DNA of 64,000 nucleotides from Anthoceros angustus. Lineage: Eukaryota; Plantae; Anthocerotophyta. The notes below the pieces were generated by a model. It was not told where the DNA came from. It ran no database searches and worked only from the letters and a program-made list of their open reading frames with translations. The stretch spans positions 1,984,001 to 2,048,000 of the forward strand of contig MU008165.1 of NCBI GenBank assembly GCA_010909165.1. Direction: 5' to 3'. Below, one piece after another: positions 24,087 to 38,736 of the stretch (positions are counted from its first letter, which is position 1; each line of letters begins with the position of its first letter). Both the position numbers and the translations under genes were made by a program.

Positions 24087-25129
24087 ATTGTTAAGCCAGA
24101 GATACTCCTGAGTCTCCCCGTCCTGGAAATCAGAAATTCACTCGGGACGTGAAGGTCACTCGGGATGTCAAGCCGTCGACAAGAGTGTGCATGGGGCAAA
24201 CTGTGTGCCCTGTTCACCCGGTGCTACCAGAATCAACAAGCTGTGGTGCGTGGCTTGGCACTTGCCGATGCAACGCCACGAGTCGGAGATCAACAGGAGC
24301 TGGTTGTTTTGCAATGAGCAAGAAGACACATTTTCTGCACACACTGCTGTCATTCGAGCTGGCAGGCTCTGCGTGTTAACAACATGGATAGTGTCCTCGG
24401 CAACGGACAGCCCCATCACGCCAGATTGCTACATCGATCACCGCCCACAGAAGAGGTTCTCGGCAGAAGGGCCTACACTGCCCAAAATCTGATCAACAAG
24501 CTCGGTCTGCCCCATAATGGTCAGGCTCGTATCGGACATCACCAGCTTAGTCAGACAAGTTACTCAGCGGACCAGTTGCCTCATTCAAAGACTGAAGGCC
24601 CACCTGGTCGGCACTTCAACCACCACGACAAACTTCGTCTCACAGTAGCAGACAGTGACTCGACCAGCGGCTGTCCTAAAATGTCTGCCTTCAACCAAGC
24701 ATCTCATGGGGTCCAGTTTGCTCACACAGCAGGCAGAATGGAGCCAGAGGGGGGACAACCAGATATGTCTTGGTCCAAGCAAATTGTTGTCATTACCATT
24801 CCTTTGAAATGATGCACATCCTCTAGTTCCTATTGCCGATCTGTGACGGTAGAGATAAAAGGACGATTCTGTCTAGACAAATGAGGGGCAAGAGCATGAT
24901 AACTGGAATGACACAACAACAGAGTCTGGTCACTCACCAGCCTCATCGATCTCGTTTTGTACCGCACTTTGTGCTGTTCTTCTGTCTTTTTGCTTTTCCC
25001 CCGCTCCGTCGTTCTCTGGCCTTGGGCTTGGCCATTTCCTTTTCTTCCTCAGGGAAGAGGGAGGCTTCGATCAGATCCCCAAACAAAACAACTCAAACCT
25101 CAAAACTTAACAAAATCTCAAATTTTGGT

Positions 25130-25610
25130 CCCGCACCCAATTCTGTGACATTTGTATCGTCTTGCAAAGCATGTGCAAGCGTAGGCACCCCAGCTTTCGA
25201 GAAGGGGAAGAGGGGAAGTAACTTCATGCACTAACTGGAGAACGAAGGCTTCAGGTTGATGCGTCTGTAGCCAACAGCGTAGTTGACATGTATGCAAGGT
25301 GTGGCAGCCTATGCAAGGTGTGGCAGCCTAGAAGACGCTCAGGATGTGTCTGATCCACTTTCTCAGAAACTTGTGGGAACATGGAATGCCTTGAAACCAG
25401 GATGTTCCCAGAAGTGAAAAGGCCTGGAAGCCCTTCATCTTCTCATTGCCATGCAAGAAGAATGGGTGGGAGAGCCTAATTTCGTGACCTTTTTGTCCCA
25501 TCTGCGGGCATGTGCAGCTGTGGGCACTCTGGCTATGGTGAGCGGGAAGCAGCTCCATGCACAAGCCAGAGAACAAGGGCTTCAGGGCGACGTGTTTGTA
25601 GCCAACAGCC
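25130..25610 (+). pseudogene. PLS-PPR fragment (L-S-P-L-S), inverted relative to the intact PPR gene
   Basis: APNSVTFVSSCKACASVGTPAFEKGK; VANSVVDMYARCGSL; EPNFVTFLSHLRACAAVGTLAMVSGKQLHAQAREQGLQGDVFVANS. Contains frameshifts and a 19-bp duplication (25291-25328). Confidence 0.85.
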
Positions 25611-25949
25611 ATGGCATGCCGTGTCGGACACTGGGGTACTCGGTAAGTTTCCGTAGTTTTTTAAGGGAGTTGCTGCGTGCGTTTTGAAAAAAATGACCCT
25701 TTAGGTGACGGCGACTATGCGCAGCTAGGCCGTTCGGGACACCCATCCCCTCTCTCGCGCAGGAATGTGCCCTCTCTTCCGTGGTTGGTTTGTCAGGCCG
25801 GATTTCTACGGGATTCGGCACATTTATACGAAAATCATAATATACACAATATAATACAAACCTTTTCAAAAAAACGTTTCAAAACGGCTTATTATGATCA
25901 GATGCTCTCGCGTTCGACCGTCGCTGTGGTCCGGAGTCCGGAGGGAGCG

Positions 25950-26255
25950 GTGGCAAGGGGGAGGGGGTGGCAAGGGCATGGGCATGGGCTGGCATGGTTG
26001 GCATGGCTGGCGTGGTTAGCATGGCTGGCATGGTTAGCATGGCATGGCTGGCATGGTTAGCATGGCATGGCTGGCATGGTTAGCATGGCATGGCTGGCAT
26101 GGTTAGCATGGCATGGCTGGCATGGTTAGCATGGCATGGCTGGCATGGTTGGCATGGCATGGCCGGCATGGTTAGCATCGCATGGCTGGCATGGTTAGCA
26201 TGGCATGCCATGGTATGGCTAGCATAGAATAGCATAGCATGGTATGGTGGGCATG
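25950..26255. repeat. GCATG-based minisatellite (~23-bp unit gcatggcatggctggcatggtta)
   Basis: Directly visible tandem array. Confidence 0.9.
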
Positions 26256-26842
26256 GAATGATTTAAGAAACGTTTCTTTAAGGTTTCATTTATGTACAGA
26301 TATGTACATGTAACATGTGCATGTGCTGTCTTGTATGCCACCATGCAAGGTTGTCCCATAGGGTGAACAAGTGTTGGCAAGCATTGTCGCCAAGGTGGCA
26401 TGTGGTGCCATGGGGTGTCAAGTGTCAATTTTGGCAGCCCGATCAAATTTGGCAACTCAAATTCGGCCACACTTGGCATGGCCTGCCAATTTGGTGGGTT
26501 GTCACTCGTCACCACGTGTCAAGTATTTCGAACCAATATTTCAAATACCAAGCCAAGTGTTTCCAATACAACACCTCTATATTCGTTTACTATCCAAATG
26601 CTAGTAATAAGTTACACTAAAGGGCGAAAGGTTTCTACATTTGCTACCTATCGAATTACTAGTAGTAAGTTACACTAGAGGGCTAAAGTTACCAAGTGCA
26701 TAGTGAAGATCAAACTAGAGCAAGTTTAAAAAGTTCTCCATGTATGTACATGCATGAAGTGTAATACGCAATACGGATGAGAATATGGATGCAACTACGG
26801 AGTAAATATGCAAGCGCATATAAGAATAGGTGGATACGCTTG

Positions 26843-26966
26843 AGAAGTGTTAGTTATCATTAGATATTAGAAAAATAGGATAATTAAGACACTTGTTTGT
26901 CTTAAGAAGTGTTAGTTATTATTAGATATTAGAAAAATAGGATAATTAAGACACTTGTTTGTCTTA
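26843..26966. repeat. ~62-bp direct tandem duplication
   Basis: agaagtgttagttat.attagatattagaaaaataggataattaagacacttgtttgtcttaa occurs twice. Confidence 0.85.
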
Positions 26967-27906
26967 ATTATCTTACATGTCTGCTTAATAGTAGCACCGA
27001 CTCACCGACTAAATAACAGAAACAAAAAGCCCGAGCTAGTCGGCATTCCAGAGTCCAACCAATCTTGAGCAGTTTAGATTGTTGCATTTGGTATCAGTTG
27101 TCAAGTCATACACTCATACAATTCAATACAAATACATTAATACTATCACATAATATGACTTATCTAGTCATATACTTATACGTGTTCGACAATGCATGTC
27201 TCCTTGGCTTGTGTGTTTCCCCTTGTAAGTGTGGAGTTAGGGTCCAACTTGTAGCCTTAACTTCGGTTCATAAGTATTGGTTTTTTCCACGGGGCACAAT
27301 AGTCTGGACAACCAGGGAGTTTATAGCTCGCCTCCTTATAATTTTTCCCTTAGAAATATGGAATTCGGCATTAACTTTTGTGGCGCTTCAGGGTTGAGTA
27401 GTCTCCTAATTTATGGCAAAATGAGTTTAAGATTGTCAGTTAGTCTCCCAATTCAAATCAAAATGAGAATAAGTATATCAGGTATGGCAAAATGATAATT
27501 TAATGTTAGTAATCCGATGTGTACATGCTCTAACATATGTGACATCCATTTGCATTATTCATGAACAAAGATGAACTTCATGGAAGAGAGTGATTATAGA
27601 CACCTAAGCCACTTGCTTGTACATAGACATGGGAAAATAAGAGCTGCACATTAAATAAAATGATGAGTTATATCATATTTATGAGTTATGTCCTAAAGAA
27701 AATTATGAGTAATGTCATATGAGTTATGTAGTCCAATCTAAGAGTTTTGGAAGAGTATTCTAGGTAGATGTCTCACCACTTGAAAATCTTCTTTTGGAAG
27801 AGACTACCCTTAAATAGTGATAATGATGACAATAATAATGTTGATGATGATAATTATGACATATCACATACAATGGTAACATGGAACTATACCCATAACT
27901 ATGCTC

Positions 27907-28053
27907 ATATACACAAAAAATCATGAACAGAGGAGAAATTTTGCTCAACAAAGTGCTTTACCAAGCCATGCAAGAGGGTGATATACACAAAAAAAATCAC
28001 GAACAGAGGAGAAATTTTGCTCAACAAAGTGCTTTACCAAGCCATGCAAGAGA
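27907..28053. repeat. ~72-bp direct tandem duplication
   Basis: atatacacaaaaaa..tca.gaacagaggagaaattttgctcaacaaagtgctttaccaagccatgcaagag occurs twice. Confidence 0.85.
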
Positions 28054-29464
28054 CCACCCTCGAATAAGAGGATATGAGATATCAAGTATAGAGAAACACT
28101 TCACTATAATGTCCACCACCCACACCTAAACCACTCTTAAAAGAAATGAGAAGAGTAGACGTTATTAATAGGCGAGATGGGGAATCCCATCTACCCCTGA
28201 ACTACTCTTAAATGATCATCATGATAAGTTTGAGATAACACACATAATTATATCATACAGCAATATTCATACACATAACTAATTTAGGAATATAAAAAAT
28301 ATTTACTAAACAAAATCATTTCCAACCACATATAGATGCACTTTTGAACAAGATTATGATAATTATGAGGGACACTATAATTATATAATTATTACACATG
28401 ATTATACTCATATATATATAGTAAATTAACAATAGAAAAAAAGTCATTAATAAAAGTTGCTTACTAATTACCATGTCTCCTTTATGGGCACGGTATGCTA
28501 GCCATAACCACAACTTTCTCTAAAGGTCTATAGGCCATGGGTGTCCAAGCTCTTATGGCTATCATGGTTTTCCGAGGCAGAGCCTGCTCGCATCTATGAC
28601 TTTGTACGCGCCATAGCAACATGTAGCCTTGGTTACCTTTGCTCTCACAGCGGCCATCAATGCCATCGCCCATGTAGCCATGGCCGATATGGCAGCCTTA
28701 ATGAGCTAGCATGGCTTTCCGGCATTCGAGATAGTTTATGTATGATATCCATCATGCATGACATAGTGGCATGGTACACCGTTCATGCATGTCACGGTGG
28801 CACAGTGCAACGGTACAGCGGTGATACAGTGGCACCCTAGCCAATGGTTGGTGTAGCATTGCAATGGTGCAATGGTCATTATAAGGAGGGGCTACCTTTT
28901 ACAAATGGGTCGTTAGAGGAAACTACAACACTTTTACTACAACTCAAAGCCTTGTTGTAAGTTTTTCGAACATTTACAACAAGGGTTCCTAACTAATATG
29001 ATGTGGCACGGATTTTACAACAGGGGTTTGTTGACATGGTATGTTGGCACGGATTTTACACCGGGGGTTGCTCGTTGTCCATGACGTTGTTAATTGTGCA
29101 TAAACTCTTTTTGATTTAGAAAACTAGGAGGTTATTTGTTAATAAAACTATACTTTGTTGAATATATAATGACGTGGCACATTGTTTGTAAAGGATGTTG
29201 TAAACAGTACTTGTAAAAGACATTCTAAACCTTGTTTGTTATAGATGTGGTTGTAAATAGTGCAAGACTTGACTTTTTGGAATAATACCATTCATCGGAA
29301 TATAAATGAATAGATTTATTATTTGCTGATGTGGCAAATTCGTTGCAAATGATGTTGTAAATATGTTTATTTGGATTTATGTTAGTTATGGGATTATCTA
29401 TTTTTGTTTTGTATTTACTGCCTTGTCACATGCATTGTAACTATGGTTGTAAAACGAATGAAAA

Positions 29465-29466
<2 letters not shown>

Positions 29467-29560
<94 letters not shown>
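29467..29560. repeat. (TA)n microsatellite
   Basis: Perfect dinucleotide run. Confidence 0.98.
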
Positions 29561-29562
<2 letters not shown>

Positions 29563-30052
29563 TTATTTGCTGACATGCCAACTTGAGTGCAAATATGATT
29601 GTGAAATGGTTTCTTGAATTTATGTTATATCATTGGATTATTAATTTTTATTGTATATTTGTTAACGCGCACATGCATCGTAACTATGGTTGTAAAATGC
29701 GGATTTTTTCATGAATTATGTCATCATGTGCCAATATCCATGAATGAATATTATTTGCTGATGTGGGCATGTTTGTCGCAAATGCCGTTGTAAAATTGTG
29801 GAAGAGATCTTTTCCTTATTTATGTCATTTATGAGGTTATATATTAGTAAGATTGCTGATTTGGCATGCTTGTCGCAAATGCCATTGTAAAATTGTGGAA
29901 GAGACCTTTTCCTAATTTATGTTATTTATGAGGTTATATGTTAGTAAAATTTCTTATGTGGCATGTTCATTGCAAATATGTTGTAAAGTGTTATAAAAAT
30001 TTGTCGATTTATAAATAGTGCCAGCGCATTGTAAATGTTGTTGTAAGAATTT

Positions 30053-30460
30053 TCTTGGCCAAGCTGTCAAAAACGAGGCGTGCATCTTCCAGCTCGCCAC
30101 ATTTGGCATACAGGTCCACTAGGGAAGCGCCCACAAGTATGTTATCCAAATGTCCCCTTTGCACAATCTGTGAGTGCAGTTGCCTGCCCTTCTGTAAGGC
30201 ACAAACGCTTGCACATGCCTTCAAAAGGCAAGCAAAAGTAACCACATCAGCCACAATCAGGCCAACTTGCTGCATTCGTGCATACAAAAATAGCGCCTCC
30301 TAACCAAGCCCTTTCTGTCTATACCCAGAAATCAGGGCATTCAAAGTCAGCACATCCTTTGGGCTTAGGCATTCAAAAACTCGATGCGCATCTTCAGTTC
30401 GCCACACTTTGCCTACATGTCCACCAGGCAAGTGCCCACAAGTGTGTTATCTAGATGTCC
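30053..30460 (-). pseudogene. PLS-PPR fragment (second copy ~32070-32428)
   Basis: GHLDNTLVGTCLVDM*AKCGEL...; YARMQQVGLIVADVVTFACLLKACASVCALQKGRQLHSQIVQRGHLDNILVGASLVDLYAKCGELEDARLVFDSLAK. Contains a stop and frameshifts. Confidence 0.88.
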
Positions 30461-30702
30461 TCTAATAACATGTGGTTCCTACACTCAGGGGCTACTAATC
30501 ATATATGCCAATTGAGAGAGAAATTTACTACTTACACTACGGTGTCCACAAGCCAACTTGTTTTACTAGGAGACGATAGTGGCTTAGGAGAAGTGCAGCT
30601 ACCCCTTGTAGGTCGAAGGGACATTTGTCTCCAAAATGTTTTGCACGTACCTAGCATGACAAAGAACTCGTTATCCATACGCAAATTAATATCAGATCAT
30701 GA
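30461..30702 (+). mobile_element. Ty1/copia protease-region fragment (duplicated copy)
   Basis: WFLHSGATNHIC...LQNVLHVPSMTKNSLSIRKL matches the copia W.lDSGAT.H and L.nVLhVP...kNLlSv.kL motifs. Confidence 0.85.
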
Positions 30703-31472
30703 GTGCAAATATGTTGTAAAGTGTTATAAAAATTTGTCGATTTGGCATACAGTGGTACCTTGGTCAATGGTTGGTGTAGCGGTGCAACGGTGCAGCGGCG
30801 ATACAGTAGCACCCGACCCTGGCAATCATTGTTGTACAAGGTCCAGAACATATGAAACATATTGTGTGAAACCGAGGCTCTTATGTATGGAATTTTATGT
30901 AAGCACCCACACGCCAAATTCCGAGAGGCTAATGGCGATAAAAGACACTCTTGCGAAATACTGTGTGTAGCTTTCCGGTGCCTTGCACAACTCTCATCGA
31001 CATCTTTTCTATATTTTTTGTGAGAGGGTGTCTGAAGAGTCCCAAACGACATCACGATCCCAAACGTTTGACAAGTTCTTAGGTTCTAAAATAAGCGTCA
31101 TTCACGAAGACATCACTTAGTTTAAAATGGCCACGTGATGAATATATGTGGATCATACCATATACTCTGGACAAATTCCATACACAAAACCGTAGAATAT
31201 TCGTAGTTCAACCATAGAATATAGAGAAGTTCTCGAACATTCTAGAATTATAGAGTTTCTTCCAAAAGACCCGTGCGCGTGACTTTTGGAATAATACCAT
31301 TCATCGGAATATAAATGAATAGATTTATTATTTGCTGATGTGGCAAATTCGTTGCAAATGATGTTGTAAATATGTTATTTGGATTTATGTTAGTTATGGG
31401 ATTATCTATTTTTTGTTTTGTATTTACGCCTTGTCACATGCATTGTAACTATGGTTGTAAAGCGAATGAAAA

Positions 31473-31572
<100 letters not shown>

Positions 31573-34500
31573 TTATTTGCTGACATGCCAACTTGAGTGC
31601 AAATATGATTGTGAAATGGTTTCTTGAATTTATGTTATATCATTGGATTATTAATTTTTATTGTATATTTGTTAACGTGGCACATGCATCGTAACTATGG
31701 TTGTAAAATGCAGAAGCCGGATTTTTTCATGAATTATGTCATCATGTGCCAATATCCATGAATGAATATTATTTGCTGATGTGGGCATGTTTGTCGCAAA
31801 TGCCGTTGTAAAATTGTGGAAGAGATCTTTTCCTTATTTATGTCATTTATGAGGTTATATATTAGTAAGATTGCTGATTTGGCATGCTTGTCGCAAATGC
31901 CATTGTAAAATTGTGGAAGAGACCTTTTCCTAATTTATGTTATTTATGAGGTTATATGTTAGTAAAATTTCTTATGTGGCATGTTCATTGCAAATATGTT
32001 GTAAAGTGTTATAAAAATTTGTCGATTTATAAATAGTGCCGGTATAAATGTTGTTGTAAGAATTTTCTTGTATCAAAAGCGTGCATCTTCCATCGCCACA
32101 TTTGGCATCTGAGTCCACTAGGGAAGCGCCCACAAGTATGTTATCCAAATGTCCCTTTGCACAATCTGTGAGGAGGCACCTTATACGCTTGCACATGCCT
32201 TCAAAAGGCAAGCAAAGTAACCACATCACCACAATCAGGCCAACTTGCGCATTCGTGCATACAAAAATAAGCGCCTCTAACCAAGCCCTTCGCCTATACC
32301 CGTAAATCGGGGCATTCAAAGTCGACATCCTTTGGGCTTAGGCATTCAAAACTCGATCGCATCTTGATTCGCCACACTTTGCCTACATGTCCACTGCAAG
32401 TGCCCACAAGTGTGTTATCTAGATGTCCTCTAATAACATGTGGTTCCTACACTCGGGGCTACTAATCATATATGCCAATTGAGAGAAATTTACTACTTAC
32501 ACTACGGTGTCCACAAGCCAACTTGTTTTACTAGGAGACGATAGTGGCTTAGGAGAAGTGCAGCTACCCCTTGTAGGTCGAAGGGACATTTGTCTCCAAA
32601 ATGTTTTGCACGTACCTAGCATGACAAAGAACTCGTTATCCATACGCAAATTAATATCAGATCATGAGCTGCAAGTGCTGTTTACACCAGCAGGCTGCTT
32701 GGTGACTCCAGCAAAACCGGTGCAGCGGTGATACAGTGGTACCTTGGTCAATGGTTGGTGTAGCGGTGCAACGGTGCAGCGGCGATACAGTAGCACCCGA
32801 CCCTGGCAATCATTGTTGTACAAGGTCCAGAACATATGAAACATATTGTGTGAAACCGAGGCTCTTATGTATGGAATTTTATGTAAGCACCCACACGCCA
32901 AATTCCGAGAGGCTAATGGCGATAAAAGACACTCTTAAATCTGTGTAGCTTTCGGTGCCTTGCACAACTCTCATCGACATCTTTTCTATATTTTTTGTGA
33001 GAGGGTGTCTGAAGAGTCCCAAACGACATCACGATCCCAAACGTTTGACAAGTTCTTAGGTTCTAAAATAAGCGTCATTCACGAAGACATCACTTAGTTT
33101 AAAATGGCCACGTGATGAATATATGTGGATCATACCATATACTCTGGACAAATTCCATACACAAAACCGTAGAATATTCAGAGTTCAACCATAGAATATA
33201 GAGAAGTTCTCGCGAACATTCTAGAATTATAGAGTTTCTTCCAAAAGACCCGTGCGGCAGTGCCCGACTTTTTGAGATATCCCAAACTACATGCCATAAA
33301 CAACTGGGTCAACTTGTATGCAACGTACTGTGGACGTACTTTCGCTGGCCGACCAGCTAGGCGTACACTATGTCCCGTATCGTGTAGTATGTAGTTCGAT
33401 CCCAAGTGAATGTATCATGCCGCACTATCAGCCTTCTAGTTCTAACTACTTCGGGGAGTTTCCATCCAGTTTATACTGATATTAATGAACTTACCCCAGC
33501 CACCAAACTTGGACTCTGTGGGGACAAGGGAGGAATGGTAGACTCCCCCTTATGAAGGTAATAGGCGTGTTCTTTTTTTGTTCTTTAGTGTGTGGCGTGA
33601 GGAATAAGGCAGAAAAAGGGGAACTAAGGACGAATGGGCTGGATTACGACGAACAAGAAGGACTGAAGGAAGGATCCGTGTCGGACAACGTCGGATAGGC
33701 TACAAGGAACTCTGGAGTAAACTCAGGAGCGGACCAAGGTAAGTGTGGTGGAAGGAGTAACTGCGGAGAAGGAGCGGAGCGTAATAGGCAAGCGGGACAC
33801 GTGCACGGTGCCGAGTGGAAGACTGACATGCAGCGGACTAGGACTGCAGAGTTGTCAGTGGCCGTTATAGGCAGGTAACCACGACCCAAGGACATGCGCC
33901 AAGAAGACGACGGGCGTGAAGTTGCGATACGATGCGTGATTCTTGCGATTCGGCGGCGAAGGGCGTCTTCCGCGCATCAATTCGCGGCATACTGTTGAGA
34001 AGACCATTTTCCCGGTCGACTTCTTGGCAATTCTCGCTGTCGCTCGTGCTCAGACACCTCGCTCTTTGGCACTTTCTCTTCCGACGTTCGAGCGCAATGC
34101 CATGTGACCTTCATCTCCTTGCGGCGCATCAATCCATCCGGAGCTTAGGAACCTCGTGGAGAGCATCATAGCCCTCCATACCTCAGCGGCAGAGCGAGCG
34201 GCGCGTGAACATGGGACCCAAGAAGGCGGTAGAGGTCTGGGAGCCCTGGTGCTTGGTGGAGAAAAAAATTGTGATGAGGCGCTACCCGGATTTCGGCCCA
34301 TGGCTTGCCGAAGCAGGGGAGTTGGTGCAGGAGTGGCACCTCGACATCTTCCACGTGGTATGGACCTTTGACAGCGTGGCGCTGGTCCGGGAATACGCCC
34401 GGAAGATGTTGGCGGCGGCAACCAAGGCTGTCCGCTCCAAGAGCTTGCGGGAGGATCCAAGGAGGTGGACGGTGGAGGTCCTTCGGGTAGTTTACAATCG

Positions 34501-35949
34501 CCCAGCATCACTTCTTCACAGGAACACTCTCTTACCTTAGCCGAGGGGGTTGACTTCCATGACTTGTATAGTCTGAAGATTAGTCATCAAGTTCACTCGA
34601 TTCAACAGCAAACGTACGTTGCCGACACACAACCAAGTGTAAGCAAGACTTTCTTATGGCACTGCAGACTTTGTCACCCAAGTTTAGCCTACATAAAACA
34701 AATAACCAAGAACAAGGCCATGTATAAGGATGGGCTTACTTTTCAACCAGAAGACACCTATTCTTCTGTGAAGGCTGCCAGTACGGCAAACTTACTCAAA
34801 AACCGTATAATGATCCTTCACCAACTCGAGCCACAGCCTTACTAGAAGTTATACATACGGATATATGTGGACCTATGTCCACACAATCATTCAGTGGAGC
34901 TATTTATTTCCTATCGTTTATGGATGAGTGGAGTCATTATTGCCAACTCTATTTTCTACATAGTCGCTAGCAGACTTTTGCCAAGTTTGAGGAATATACA
35001 ACTATAGCGGAAGCACAGACTGGCCATGTGATTAAGCGTCTGTGCAGTGAAAATGCTAAGGAGTACATTAGTACAGAATTCACTGAGTTCTGCAAATGAA
35101 AAGGCATCATTCACCAACTGACGGTACCCTAACATCCACCTCAGAATCCCTTTGCAGAACGTTATAACAGGACTTTGCAGGAAAGGACCAGGGCAACATT
35201 GGCACTCGCTGGACTTACCCGGGCATATTGGGCAGAAGCAGTTGATTCTGTGAACTACATCACTAACAGACTGCCATTGAAGCCCTTAACATGATAATTT
35301 TTGAAGGGGGGGAATATAGTAACCCCCTTCAGTCGAGACAACACCCCCTTGTCACGATGTACACCCTTCCTGCAACAGCATATCTGCCCTACTTTGATAA
35401 TGCGCACACCCTTTCTAAGCCCATACCTTTGATAAAAGACGCACTTTCAAGTCTAAACTCCAGAGCTAGAGCATAGTAGGGTGTGGGCCCGTCTGCTTTT
35501 TTGTGGAATGCATAGAGGGCTGCCATTTTCATATGTTTATTACAACTGAAAACTTTTACTTTCAAGTGGTGGAACACAATGAAAGCAATCCTCCTTTAGC
35601 AGTTGTTTGTTGAAATGTTCTCACGACCACTGAAATAAGACTCCCGATACTGAGTCAAGGACCACCACCAAATTCCGAAGGCGGTCCATATCCTCTGCGT
35701 CAAAGCTGTCATTCTCCTCCAATGCTTGCTCGTATTCATTAGTATAATTCTTGGGCTGAGCTTCGGACGGTGTCGACTACCACGCTACATTTAGGGTCTG
35801 CTGACCCTCATCCAAAAGCTCGCCAATCGTGGTCTTCAACCTTCTGGCACTCAATGCAACCACTTGGGCTTTAAGGCAATGCCAACGTCCTTAAAATGAA
35901 CAAAGTTGGTTGCCCATGCGCCCATGCAAGCGTCCTTAAAATCAACAAG

Positions 35950-38588
35950 AACAAGGTCTCCTAAGAAGTAGAGACGACTCCTCGTCTCTACTTTTGAGGG
36001 TGTGAAATTTGGGGTTTGACGATGGAGAACCGTGCTTTGTCACGTTTTCAAAACTTTGGCCAAAACCTTAAGTGTGAAAGTCCGAAGTGAAGAATGAAAC
36101 CATGTTTTTTGAGGGTTTTACCTGTTATGGTTTTTTTTTAAGGTAACACAATCCCCTAATTACCCACCACAAAATGATTACAGTCGAAGATGGAAACCAA
36201 ATGTAACAAGCCATGTAGTCATACGGACATCATGAATTTCAAAATAGCGACATAGCAGGGGTTTGAAGGGTTGCATGCATGAGCGGTAAACAACAAAAGG
36301 TGGATGCCGCATCAACGTAATTCTATGACCGTGGATATCCGGTGAACGCGGCTTCATCGGTGAACTTGACTCAGCGCAAGTCAAGTGTTGGTTGCCACGG
36401 ATAGTGGCGATCATTTCTATGTTGCGAAACATGACATGAAAGTCACGGAGGCCGTGCGGCTTGCATTCTCCAAGTGCTCTCGAAAGTCCCACGAGGCAAG
36501 CGTTTGGATGTGTTGAGCGTCATTTACGAACCTCACCGCTAACCGACATAATCCATGCCCACCGGCCTAACCTCATCGGCTACAATGTTCGCATGCGTGG
36601 CGGTGCTATGACATATCGATCTGGGCCAGTGGTTATGTCATCGGACATGCTCAATGCTTGATGCGTAGTACGTGGTGTGACCAAGTCTGCTAGTTTGCGC
36701 CATGACAATACGCGAATGTGGGAGGAGTTTGACAATGGCGCCAGCTATTTTACGGGTTATGGCGGCGGGGCGGGGTTCTTATTGCAAGGGTGATCATGGG
36801 CCCGCTATGGTAGCATCACGCCTCAACATTCAATGGCGACAAAGAACAAAGCGCAAAATCGTATGCTTGCAATCCAGCTGAAAACAAGCACACGAGAACA
36901 TGCACTCGGGTTGACGGTCATCACCAGGACACAACCCATTGCAGAGAAGAGGGCCAGGAGGAGATCCACTTTGAGGGAGCGTCGTGGGGGCGCCTCCGGA
37001 GGCATCATCGCCAATTGGTGGCCAACCCTTATTCGAGTGGCATCCGTTTGCCACTCCCAAAGCCTCTGCGTGGTTCCACAGGGGGGAGGTGGGGATAAGG
37101 GTTTCTTTGAGGGAGCCCAAAGGAGGTGAGGACTCTAACCGAGAGGAGAGAGGGGCTGTGAGGCCCCGTGACATCTGCCATGATCTCACGTTGGCTGGGA
37201 AGGAGGTGAAGGCAGCTGAGATGGAGCTGCGGAGGTTCAGACCATATCTGGCCGTAAAGCCTGAACAGCGGGAGTTGACGAAGGAGGAGCTAGAGGCGTA
37301 AGAGGCGCAGGGCAGCAAGAAGGCGTCGAGGAGCTTGCGCTTGTAATGGCGGTGGGAAACAATGCCAAGGCATTGAGAGGGTTCAATCAGCCGGAGCCTC
37401 CGGCCGAGTGAAGGCTTTGGTAGTAAGGTGTTTCAATTCATGCATCCGCCGGTTGCTAATCGTGATTGCTGGTTTTGGTGCCGCTTGATGTTGCCGCCGA
37501 TCCGCTTGCTGATGTTACAGCCGTCTGTCATGGCCGTGCATGGGTAGTAAGGTCTTCTTTGTGAGCCAATGACCGATCGCTGCTCTTCATGTATGTAGGT
37601 GCCAACATATATGCGGGAGGTTGTCAGACAAAGGAGGGCAGTTGATGAGGTCCCTCCTTTTTGGGAGCCATGTAAGCCCCGGCTAGGATAGGCATTTTTG
37701 TTTTGGTGTGGGTGGAGTGCTAGAGCACCGCCAGACTTCAAACTTGATCATCATAAAAGAGGGCGAAATTGTTGGCTTTGTTCGGATAATGTGGTGCAAA
37801 GGTCACCGGATGTCCGTGCCTTTGGCGCCTTAAAAGAAAAGCTTGTCTTCGCTTAGATCGCAGATCCAACCTAGGTCCGACACCCTAGGCTATTCGCTTA
37901 TGAGTATGGGTCACTTGACTAAATTCGAAAAGTGACCGTTGTCCCAGATCGGTTATATGGTGCCATGGCACTTTTCTTTTAATATATGTGAGCATTTTTG
38001 TATAGTTTGGAGCGGACATATAGTTGGGCATATGGCCCATGTGGGATCTTGGTGTCTTATACCTCTAGTCTCCCACTTTAGTACCAAATCGATGTGTGCA
38101 TGCATGTTTGTGTATCGGGTAGTTGACATGAAGACACATATCCTTCTTGTTTTTATGGTGCCACAACCTTGCGATCGGTAAGGCGGGATGTCGGGCATAC
38201 TTGGACCAATGTGTACAAAAACCGTGTTAGCATATTGAGGTGTCATTGCAGTTTTCAACTTAGCACATTGGTTCTGAAATTGTCATAAATGTCCAGATTC
38301 AAAACGACAAACGGTTTTTGCGAAAATGCCCTTAAAAAGCCTTAAAACTAGGGTATTTTCCAACTTGATCCAACCATGGACCTTTCTTAACGGGGTTAAA
38401 AGACATCAAAAAGGTAGAAAAGATGCTTTTGACAACTACGGGAAATGGAAATAGTGTGGGTTTTGCCCTTGGTTTTTGGAAAAGCACCAAATCCAGAGAT
38501 TGGTTGCCAATTTGTAGGTCGAATGTGACCAAATGGACATCTGTCTCTAAAAAGAGGAGTGTGTCTCTACTTCTTAAGAGACCTTGTT
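35950..38588. mobile_element. TIR DNA element B (2.64 kb) nested in A, AACA...TGTT termini, 4-bp TSD CAAG
   Basis: Left aacaaggtctcctaagaagtagagac versus right reverse complement aacaaggtctcttaagaagtagagac (26 bp, 1 mismatch). CAAG at 35946-35949 and 38589-38592. Confidence 0.88.
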
Positions 38589-38736
38589 CAAGATTGAGTT
38601 AATAAGAGGATGTAGGATCTGAACTTGAACCTCCTCACTACTACACCTTTTTCCCAACCACTTCACCAACATTTCCAAATTGACAACTTTTGAGCCGCTA
38701 AATATTCATTTTCTTAAAGACAGCCTACGAGGAGGG

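Noticed and set aside
28880-30055. Defined TIR element for the ttgtaaa/gatgtggca-rich tract
   Set aside because: It looks TE-derived, but I could not find matching termini or a TSD.
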